NCBI GenBank assembly: GCA_963924565.1
Contig: OZ004615.1
Location: forward strand, 15,438,001 to 15,502,000
Direction of reading: 5' to 3'
DNA from: Ascidiella aspersa
Taxonomy: Eukaryota
Length of the DNA stretch: 64,000 bases
Made by a program: the position numbers and the translations under genes. This document shows, piece after piece, positions 23,931 to 35,900 of the stretch. Under the pieces are notes generated by a model. That model saw only the letters and a list, made by a program, of their open reading frames with translations. It was not told the origin of the DNA and did not search any database. Numbering within the stretch: the stretch's first letter is position 1; every line of letters begins with the position of its first letter.

Positions 23931-26900
23931 TCACGGGGCACTTCCAAGCATCGTTCCATCTGAAAAAATAAGTTTAAATTTGGTTATGTTCAGAACTTTA
24001 GATGGAGCAGGATCAGGCGCCCTTGTATAGGCTGGTTGTTTAAACTATAAAAAATCAAACAATTTTAGGTTAACATTACCAACTTTACATTGTTTTAAGC
24101 TAAACATCCAACTTGGTGTCAGCGCACAAAGAAGCTAAATAGTAAATATTGGGCAACTTTAGCCGACTACTGCACAGTAAAATAATATTGGCATTTTTCT
24201 CCACGAAGCAAGTTTTGAAGTCCCCATTGGTAAATTAAAATTACTTTTGTTTGCGCTTGTAAAAGTCCAAATGTAAACTTTTACAGCAAACGAATGCCTA
24301 AATGCAGAGAACAAATTAACACCTAAAACATTCGGACAGCCTTAATAAACCGAATTTTTGTTGTGGCGCAGATTTCGTCGATTTGGGCAAAACACGAGCA
24401 ATGGCCGACCTATATAGTAATATGGTGTCATGCAAGAAATTTAAAGTATTAAATGACTTTACATATCTAAATTCGCACCTGTTGACAGTATGTTGAAGAG
24501 CTCGTCGCGTACCACTGGCACCTGGCTGTCCAAACCAAAAAAGTTGGTCGCCGTGATTACGCGATTGCTAGTTGCCCCAGCGATGGTCTGCCAAGGAAAG
24601 ACAAAAAATGGAATTGGTTTAAAGATTTCTTAAATTTTGTCACTCCTCCTAGGAGTCAGCGTTTAGTTTGTTGAAAAAACAGGATCGCTTGGTTTCAATC
24701 AGTGGTTTTCAATCTAGGGTCCATGAGAAAGTTTAAAGGGTTATCGCACAACATCGACCAATATTTTACAGGCTAACATTAGGTTATATTAGACAAGAGA
24801 ATAATTTTCGTATTGAATTTTTTTTTTAATTAATCTTTTGGCAGTTTGTGTACACATAGTTTGTTGAAAACCACTGTAAATAAAGATTCATCAACCTAAA
24901 ACGCTAAACAATATGTTAACACAACACTTAAACGGCCAATGTGTAACATGATAACCCAAGAGCCATACAAGGTGTAACCACATACATGGCTTATTAGCTT
25001 GTTGTTAGTTTTTTACAAGTACATATATTCCTTTAGCGTCATTGCCAAATTGGACGCACCACAGAACTATTTTGTTTTATTGCCCTTTAACACAGTCGAG
25101 CCGTGTATTAACAGTTCCCGACAAAAATCCGATGCACTTTCGCAAAATAGTAATTTGCGTTTAACACAAAAGATTACAAGATATGAATTAGAACGCCTTA
25201 AATAAATTTAAAAACGATTTGCACCTGAAGTTCCACAAGACTGAACCCTCGAACTCCGATGGCGATAAAAGTTACTCCGTCACTTTTTGCGGCGTCCACG
25301 CTTGTCTTGAGCAGATTAGAGTCGCTCGATCTAAGTGGGACATCGTAGGGATTAAAATACGCGTAAAGTGTAACTTAGAAGACAGTACACCGAAAAGCCA
25401 TCGCAGACTCGCCGAATCTGTCGATCTATGATGCAAGCAGGGCAGGTCAGAAAAGCAAATCGCCTGCAATCAGGTTCGAACTCACGACCTCCGGTCATAC
25501 CTGGACCGTCGCTCTACCAACTGAGCTACACAGGCTCAGAGAGGAGCGAGTCGAGAAATTACCATACGCCAATGCTTGCTACACTTTGTTAGTACAAGCA
25601 AATTCACAATGAAGGGGATCAACAGTACCGTATCAATCAATGAAAGACACACACACGCATGTGTTTTAATAACAACTGTGATCTAGCCCCCTCGGAAGCT
25701 GCTTTTTGACCAATGATAACGACCTTGATAACGACCTAAGTATCATGGTAGTACACCATCATAGTTACATTTGTCTAACAATGCTAAACTCAGTATGCCG
25801 GCAATTTTTCAATCTCGGCAAAAGTTACAACCAAGCTGACGCAGTTTAAGGTGACTGGTTGAAAGCTTATTAGCTGTCTTAGAGCAGTGTTTCTTAACCC
25901 TTTTTTATCTCATGGCGCACCTGTAATTTTCTAAAATGTTGTACCGCACCTGGTAAGCGAAGCGAACGCGAAATATATTTGGTATATAAGGTACTTCACC
26001 TGATTGCTGGCAAAAGTTTATCACTTATATGCCTATAACAGTCGCATATTTTTAAAGCACTGTGGAATTATTGACCTTAGTCGAATGAGAAGGTGAATTT
26101 ATAAAATTCATGTTTTATGAAACTTTATTTTATGAAAAATGTATATTTTTTTATTTTCCTCACGTACAATAATTCTACATTTTTTGTATTTATTTGAAGG
26201 ATAACTTTTAAAAGAATTTCCAAATCTATAGATCCTAGGACTGCGTATATGATTTTGGGTAGCGCAATTTTTAAAGGTAGTCAAAAAACAAACAAGCAAA
26301 AATGATTTAAACAAAATATTCTGCAGGACAAACAAAAAACTTGCACAAGTGCAAAACAAACAAACAAAAAAAAACACTTACCTTCCATCGGTTATAACGA
26401 TGATGACCTTGCGCGTGCAAGGATTGGTGTATCGGGATGACGAGGGTAGATCGACTTGAATCGCCTTCTGAATGGCACGCGCTGTATAAGTTGTGAACCC
26501 TTGGTGTGCGATGCTGTCGGCCGCGGCCTGAGTGAAAAACGGTGACGGGTGGTTGACATATGGAATGAAATCGACCTACCAATGCCTTCTGGTGTTTATT
26601 ACGCTAACTCGTACTGGTGAATAAAGTAGGCCCTAGTAGGGGATAATATATAACTAGATGTGATTGAGCTTTGTGCTTAAAAGTATATCAAAATACAGTA
26701 CATAGTAAAATATTTAACTATAATAGATAAGCAGAGAAAAGTCTGGTCCCATGTATCACACATCGACTGAACAAACTAAAATTAGACTACTTTTTCGCAC
26801 ACCGGCCCACATTAATACCCTTTAAATATAGTGTTACGTATGTTGGTTTTACACAATATGTTTTTTTACAGTTTTAAAACAACATTTTATGCAGCCTTTA

Positions 26901-29900
26901 AATATCTTGTTTAGTGTTTTTGTTGGAAGCAGAACAAATTTATTTATTCATTTCAGCTCATAAGAAATATCTTTTGACAACTCGCTATTGACTTACGTTA
27001 AACTGTTGTTGAGTCTTGTATTGTCCGAGTACAATTTCAGTTCTCAGGTACTTTTGATCCGTGATAGCCCTTCAAGCGATTTGTTTAAATAAATGTCAAT
27101 TAGGATTTTGTACAGCTTATGATATAAGAAAGTAGCCTAAACCAAAAGTTTGTTTTTAAGAAGCAACGTTTAATATACGAGTTAATATTTTCCCAAAGAC
27201 ATTAATGGAAGTATAAAACAATCTCCTTTCATTTAAAGTCTGCTTGGTAATCGTTATATTCTCTTACTTTGTTTTAGAGTAATGCGAGTATTGGATCACT
27301 CCCACTTGGTTTTTGTTTAGGTCAATGTTATTCACGACCTTCTTCACAAAATCTAACATCTTTCGGAAGTCCGTGTGTCTAATCGATCCTGACCCATCCA
27401 GAAGGAACAAGAGATCCATGTTGTAGGTAAAACATCCTGAGAGAGTGAAAAATAGTGAAAATCTTAAAAGTAATTTTTAATGTTTTACTGTTTATCGAAT
27501 TTGAAACTAACGTAATTAAAAACCCCTGTTGAAAGAGCTATTTAAATCTAATTTTACGCCAAGTATATATTGTAGCTTAGGTATATAGTCATGTTTCACT
27601 CTTCAGAAGTCATGCCAACGTAAATATTTCGGCAGCATTCATAATAAAACAACTCACCATTGGCATCAGTTGTGGAAGAAGGCAGTGTTGATGTCATAGC
27701 TGAAATAAAAGAGTATATTAAGTTTAACACACATAGTTATGACCTACTGTAATTATTATTTATGTAACGTTTCATCTCGATTAGCATAAAGACTCACGTG
27801 GTTTCGTAGGCATTCTTTCAATGGACGCCAGTGCTGCAAAACATATTTAGGTTTCTTACAATACTTTATCGAGAATTTAATTGATGACATTTTAGTTTAG
27901 GATGATTCATATTTTACAGTAATAATAAAAGCTTGGACACTTGTTTGGGCCATCAAAATTTAATCTGCTAGTAAAAATATACGTGGTGAAGCCAAATACA
28001 AGACAACGCAAACAAGAAATTGACACACGTTATCTACTCTACAGTATATACCGTACGAAATAGACCTATACAAAGATAACAGTGCAAGATCGACTACCAC
28101 AAAAGAGTTTCCAGAAATTTAAACGGCAACAACGTTTCCAAAGTGCAGCAGCAAGCCGGCATCGACAATGAAGCCAGACGGGCTAAATATCATTACTAAC
28201 CAAGGCATTTTGGAAGATCAGAATACCGTCGGAGGAGCTTTGGGATTGAGTCCATCATTCTTTGGAGTTGGTCGTAGATACCCGACAACATCGGCAGATT
28301 CTGCCCGAGCTTGGTAAAGTCACATACTCCGGTGTACATACGAATCATCACACTGATAAGGGAGTCGTACGAACTATCACACGGAAAAACGAGAGAATGT
28401 CATGTAAGGTATATAACATAGACCTATACCAAGAAAAGAAGAGAGAATTTCATGTAAGGCATACAACATACATTAATACAACTTTCAAATCCGCATTTTT
28501 TACAATGGTCTATAAATCCGCAAACAAGCATTCGTTCACATCCTCTCGTTACCCGCTCACACTTTTTATTTATTTTTCGAATAGCTAGAGTGCTTTATTG
28601 AAAAAGAAATCCCGTTGGTTATGCTTTACTCGTATTTTACATACCCACAAAACTGCTCAGCGCTGTTGGCGGTCAACATTGTTCTCATAAAGGTGACGGC
28701 CTCTTGCATTCCACCATTTAACTTGCGGATGTTGCAAATCGGATTCTCCTGGCCGGTCATTGCGCCAAGTCCTTGGGTTGCGTTGTCCAGCAGCTCGTCG
28801 ATGAAGCTACTGTTGCTTCCCACACAGAAGGTTTCGAAGGTCGGGTTTGTGAGGCTGGTCATGTTCAAGATGGAATCCGACATCAACTGCACAAAACACA
28901 GCGTTAGAAATGGGCCAAGTGTTGCAATCCTCTAAAATAGGGCTAGCAAACTAAATATACATTATTCTATATCAGCGGTTTCCCAACTTTCTAAAATTTT
29001 TGCCCGGTGGACCCTTTGCAATTATTTTTATGTTTTGCGGCCGTCTATATATTAAAGTGCCAATTGACCCATGTTTCTTGTAGTACACTAGTGTAGTCAC
29101 GAATTTTTCTAATGTAACAAGTTTGTAACTAATGCGGACGATTTTCTGATAGCAGGTAGTACAGCATAATAGATGCTTTTTGGTGTCACAAGGGGCATCA
29201 TAAAACACGCTATATGATCGAATAATAAAGCATAACCAAATACAATAACAATGTTGAAATATAGACTCATGTTTAAAACATTTGCTAGAGCCTAATGTTG
29301 AAAATCTTAAAGACAAATTCTCATTGCGGACGCTCTGAAACTGCTGTATGGACCCCAGTTGGTCAGCGGACCCCAGTTTGGGAACCGCTGTTCTATATTG
29401 TACTCCAGCTTAGCCTAGGTACATACTTGAACATGTTTGATATTACGTTGACGCCTGCTACAAAATATACCTGTTCCACGATTGGAAGTTAGTATTGGAA
29501 TTAGCTGGTTTCCAAGGGAGGGTGTGCCTAATTTAGGGGTTAGTAAACTGGGGGGTGTGAAGGGTTGAGAAGGGGGGCACGAAGAAGTCAATGAAAAATA
29601 ATGTTTTCATTTAATTTATACAAAGTTTTGCTGACACGAATATTTTTTTAAGTATTTTTTAATTTGTGACTGACATACGTGATTTTAATTATATCACTTA
29701 ATCTATTCATCTCAGTGATATTAATCTTGTTTTGCCGTTTCTTATGCTCAGTTACAGTCACCTGAATAGTGAATATGGCAGAATACTTACTATACACACT
29801 GTAGTACAGTGTTGTCAATGACATTACACCGGACCATCCTCACAAACTACATTTTTTCTACTTTCAGTGGATAAATGCACTTTCGTTCGCGTTTCGCTTA

Positions 29901-32900
29901 ACTTTTTTCACATTTGGGTACGGTTTTCCTCGTTTAAAAGAAATTATTTTTAGCTTTAAGGGCCGAGCACACCTGGCATATAGGGATGTACGATAAATTG
30001 GGAAAAAGTTTCGTAATCCTATACGATACAAAATTATTAAAGTAAAGCAGCGTTACGAAGTTTGTAGTTACCTCCCGTTGTTAACTAATTATCTTTATTA
30101 AATGTACCTTTCAAGGTGGGAGCGCTACATTGGATCACAAAACATGGCTAAAGTTCTTATGTTATTTCAGTTTTGGATTAGCAGCGATACCACCCTGGTA
30201 GCGGACAGGTACAGATAGTATTACTTGGAATTATTTATGGACTTAGATCCGATATCATCGAATATCGCAAGTATAGGTGTTATAGATCATAATTTCATAA
30301 TTACATTGTCAAACTAACGTTTTGTTAAATAAAACAATAGGGTGTTTTGACAGTTTTTTTATTTAAGCGCTTAGCACTGTCTATAGTGTCTATGCAAATA
30401 TTTCCATTTATCTAAAACACTGATCATTATGGCTACCATACATATTTAATAGGAGGGCGCGAGCTTTGATAAATTGTGTCAAGGTGGACGCGGCCCAAAA
30501 TATTTAGGAATCCCTGATCTACTGCGTCACGCACATTTTTAAATTGACCGTTTTTCCAATTTAAACCAAATAAACGCATTTCTTTCGATTAGTCTGGATT
30601 TAACATGCATATTGTTGGACGAGAACAATAGTTGTTTTTAATCTTAATGAAGTAACTCACTGCTGAGAAGAAAGTAACTCACGGCTGGTTACACAGTGTA
30701 AAAAGTTACTAACCTTTCCAACGCTTTCAAATCCTGGCGTACCCTCACCAATAGTAGGTTTATTGCCGGTCGAACAGCGATGGACAACCTCGCGTATACA
30801 ATGTTGATAGTAATCCATGTTGGTTCTGCAAGGGCATTGTACACTAACAGGTTAAAACGTAAAACTTAAAATTCCGCTATCATAAACCGGCAGAAAAATA
30901 GATTTAAATTTGCTAATATTTACTAAGGTATGTCATCTGATATTTATAAACTAAAAATAAGATTTAATTAAATGACAGATGTACTCGTTAAGTACAAGCA
31001 CTTAACACTTTGGTCGCCACGAATACCAATAGAAGCCGGTTAGTAAATAAGAGCTTTTACTATATTTTTTGTCTCACGTTAAATACTAATACCAAAACTG
31101 TTACTCTTTTGTCAAAGCAAGTTCATTGAACTGCGTCTTGTGTAAAGTAAAAACACGCAGCACACATACAACAAGATAAGAAATTAGGCCCGCTTAATAG
31201 AATGTTATCTCACCTGCATTCGCCGACATCGCTGTAGGGATAGTCGTTGAAGAAAAGTGTTGAACAAATCCAGCTCTTCTCGTAATACTCCCGGAAAGAA
31301 CATCCGGGAAATAGAGGTACATCGTCCCTTGAAGTCTTATGTTTCGCTGCAACAAAATACTGGCAGTGTTTTTATGGACCCCATAATATTAAACATCGCC
31401 CTAAGATCTTTAAACTGTTTAATGTTACATGATTTTTTTACTTAAATGTTTACTGAAATAGAAAACAAATCAGATGGATTGATATGATTTTCGTGGCTAC
31501 GGACAAGCAACTGCAACTTAACAATTAAATTACAACATCATACTTTATTTGGCTCCATGGCTTTATTCAACCATATAGACCTAATAAAAACTGGAGTGCA
31601 TAACCTAAAATGGCGCAAGAGCCGCAATATGGAAGTACCTTTTTCGTGGGCCCAATACTAACGTAACCCAACAGCCTAAAAATTTAACTTCCAAAGAAGG
31701 TTCTACCACAATCTTATCTTATGATCATGCACAACAGAAAGTTTTTATTTATTTTACATCCTGGTAATAAACCGAATATGTTATTAGTCTACATGGTGGG
31801 CCAGAGCAGTTACAACCACCGGTTACAACACCAGACATTGACAAAAAGCGCTATGAAATGCTGACTGCCCTTGTCAGTAAAGATTTTTTAGGAAAGTCAT
31901 ACAGGCGGTTGTATATAGAAACTAGCCACCTAGTCAAGTAAAATACTTGTAAGTTAATAGTGTGTGACTTTCTGGTTGATTCTCACGACATTTTAATTCT
32001 TATTGTGCTAAAGTCGCAAAACCACTTTTGTCTACATTTTGCTGAAACGTTGTCAATAACAAAAACATTATACTTTTAGTGGTGAAAAAAATAATTATTT
32101 GAAAAACTGGTGTGCTCATAGTGGGGTTCACACCAGGTCCCTAATTTACGAAGTTGCGGTTCTGCATGGGGCGCATTACAAATGGCATGTTGTGCAGACC
32201 TGATCTATTTCTTGGAGAACGGAACGAAACTGAAATGTGATTAAAACGGTTAATTCAAACAATTTGTGTCATATGTACAAAATTGCACTAAACAATGTTT
32301 CGGGTGTATTAAATAAAAATGGTATTCTAAAAATGCTTTAACAGATAGACAAATTTAAAAAGAAGTTTACCAAAAAAACACACAAAAACGTCGAAAAAAA
32401 TTTGCTTACATGTAAGAGTGGTCGTTAGGGTGGTTGCTGGGGTGGCTATTGGAGCACCTTCTCCTTCTGAACTCACTGGACGTTAAAATAAAAAATTAAC
32501 TGGTTCTCAATTAATATTATTAAAAGTATAAGATATAATTATCAAAACTAAGATACATAGATATTTTAGATTTTTGAATCCCAAAACTAGGACGCAGCAC
32601 AAAGTTTACAAAGAAAGTTATATTGTTTGTTCCAGGATGCAGCGAAGGACCGCAAGGTAGCCTACATCCAGTCAACTGCACCCTGCACTAAATAAATGAA
32701 ATCTCGCGGTAAAAACACAATTTTAATAATTTAACTAAAATATCACCGACAGAAATTTTAAATGTGAATTTCTATTTCTATGTGACAATTACCATGTATA
32801 CTGTCTACGATACGACATGTTACAGTATTCCAAATACATGAGATGATTCCGAATGCACAACAATTGGGAATAAATGCAGACAAAACAGAAAAAAGATCAC

Positions 32901-35900
32901 AGCTGATTATCGTTTAGGCCTTACCGACATTGGAGTACTGGTTGTTGCAATAATTTCCCTGGCAACATCGCACTTTGCAATTGTCGAAATTCAGCGGAAC
33001 CCCGATTTGAGAGCTGTCGAAAGTGTTTTGTAGCATTTCACATGTCATGATATAACACACTGAGGTGGGAACACAGAGACCAGTCCACGCACCACCTGTG
33101 AAGAAAGTTATTGACCTATAGATAACTGGCTTCAAGTTCATTTCAGGTGGGGATCAAGGATTTTAAAGGAAGGGCGTGGCAACTTTTTTGTTTGCGTTTA
33201 TTTGGTTTAAATTTTAAATTAACAAAACGAAGGAGGATTTGTTGACGGTTGAAAAAAAAAAGATGTTTGTGCATTTCGCGATAAATTATGGACTTTGCCA
33301 AGATAATATTGACAAACAGATTGTAAGAATCAAAGACTCTACAGCTATATGGTTAACAAGAAATCAGGTGAAAGTTCATACAAAGCGTAAAAAAAATAAC
33401 AAAGCGTTTACTTTGTTTAACTTTCAAAAACTTTTAAACTTTCGTTTACCTTGGTAAAATGTATTCAGTTAATATTCAAGATGTAATGGCCATATTTCCA
33501 AAGATGTTATAGATTCGCGCAAAAGACATTAATAGGCTGGCCGGAATAGCATTTCGGAAAGAGTCGATTCAGCTAGTTGATCTTAATGTTTAAGGCTTCC
33601 AAAGTACACACGATGATTTTAGGTTAACAAGTTCGTCACAAACCAGGAGTTGCCAGCCTGGAGTTAACTATACCAATTGACTAACCGGCCTTGGTGCGAA
33701 ATGATGCCTCGAAGCATGCGTTGCCATCGGAACAGGGAGGTCCTCTAATAGGTGACCCAAATATGGCACTCTCCTCCAAAACAATAGAGTACCCAGTATA
33801 ACAGCTCCTTTCTGAAATGCACATCAATCAACTTTTATCTCTATGTAGTTGTAGGTGCATAACGGTATAAGTAATGCTATTTTTAACTTTTTGCGTTTTC
33901 CTAGAAACCTCAAGCACGCTAATGTAAAGCTTGCATATTTTACAGTATCGCACATACGGGAATAAATATTGCAGTTCCCCTTTAATAAGCACTTTTGGAG
34001 GATACCGAAATTTAAAACCCCAATACAGTCATGATATATATTCTGAGTGTGACTATCATAACAATCCAATCAATGTATCGGATTATACCGATTACACCTC
34101 GATTGTCAGTTTAAAATACGTGTCGTAATAAGGGAGTGTAAATTAGAAAAAACGTTAAAATGATTAAGGATAGCTTAAAAAAGAAGTAACAACCTGTTGC
34201 TTATTTATAGAACTTGAGCGACACTAAGAATTTACAACAGTATAACCATTATTAAGATATACAAACCAATAATTTGTAACAAAATCGGCGTAATAAAAAA
34301 TTAGACTGAAAAGCATTGAAATACTTTTGTAAAACTCCAAACAACGTACTTTAATATAATTCTAGCGCAAATAAAAATTTCAAAATTTTTATCTTAATTT
34401 ATACAACGTAGTCTAAATTGATGGGTCGATTTTATAACTATTTATAATTATTTCGCTGTTTAAGACAAAATCATATGTAAATCTTTGGCTTATATTAAAA
34501 ATTTCCTACCTGATGTAGGGTTGCCACCTACTCCAGGGGATTCCACTCCCACCTCTGTTGGACTCACCGCATCTGCAAAACAACAACAAACCGGTTTCCA
34601 TACAGATTCAAATAAACCCTTGGTTTTCATAAACTGACCAGTGCTTTTTAAGAGTTCATTTGTCACTATATTCGATTTGAGCGGGAGTGTAACAAATGTG
34701 AATATAAAACATGTAACAAAAACGGATATCGCTTACGGTGGGCTCTGCAAAGTAGCAGAAATTAAACGAATTATACAATTTTGAAAAGTACTAATGTTGG
34801 GAACCTAAATCCCTTGTTTTTCCTAACCACAAATACAAGTTGCCATTCTAAATGGCTGGGAACAAATTTCACTGATCAAAACCAGCGATTCGTAAAATAA
34901 CTTATATTTTCACAACAAATGTAAAAGTGTATAGAGTTTAAAAAAGGGCAATCATAAATATCAAACATATCTTAACGAACAATGAAAAACAACGTGTTCC
35001 ATGCGTTACTGATGATTCTTCATGGGACAAGTGGTAGGAGCGGTTCTAATCTAACAAACAGCACACTTACCTAAATCCTCATAGCGATTGTTGCACATAT
35101 CCTCATCGCAGCAGCGCACTTTGCAGCCTGTGAAGTTGAGGGGGGCCGAGGTCGGGGGTGTACTGAAGATGCTCGGCAGCGTATTACATGTCATTATCGA
35201 GCACGTCTCCTTTGGCATGCACTGCGCTGTCCAAGCGGGACCTGTGACGCAAATGGGAAACGGGACAGTAGTTTATAAACTTTAATTTTTTCGTTTTGCT
35301 TTACGGAAGTGCTGCCAATCTATCGTGTCACAATGAGAATAGACGCCGCAGAGAACGGACACCTGCTAAAGGCCTACGGGTATTAACTAACAGGGTTTCA
35401 AGCTATGTTCGTTAACAATATTTTACATACAAAATTTCCGATTAATTTTTCTAATGGTAACACTATATCTGAATGAGAAAACATGTGATATTTCCTGGTA
35501 ATATGGACGGTATGACATGATTCAGAGACTTACATTATACCCTAATATTTAAACAGACTAACGTATTCTCATACAATCAATCACGAAACAATTTCTTTTA
35601 AACACTAAAACAGATCAACACATTTACAAAGCGTTTAGATCAGTGCTTTTCAACCTTCACAATTTCCATCCGCACTTTTTTATTTCGGAAAATTTCCATC
35701 CGCACGAAACAAGCTCAGTAAGTTTGCAACCTTTAGTTTTATTTGTTAAATAACAATGAAGGGGTTTGTGTATTAAAACCGTGAGTCTTAACCGATATAA
35801 AATAGAAAGCTTAAGCTGCAATGAACCACTGAGAGACTATATTACTGTACCTGTAACGCATAAGTGGGCGCACCAGCTTATTTGATAACTGTATTACACA

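Noticed and set aside
23931-24587. TM or GPI anchor at the giant protein C-terminus
   Set aside because: The inferred end (...ELFNILSTDGTMLGSAP*) has no long hydrophobic stretch, though the last exon is only moderately certain.
25272-25469. ORF as the VWA exon starting at acceptor 25425
   Set aside because: It runs out of the VWA frame to a stop. The acceptor at 25330 gives the expected SSD...GVTFIAIGV sequence.
25461-25535. Functional tRNA gene
   Set aside because: The anticodon arm is out of register, U33 is missing, and the T stem has a mismatch.
26307-26582. 91-aa ORF MVGRFHSICQ...
   Set aside because: It is the wrong frame over the VWA exon 26527-26382.
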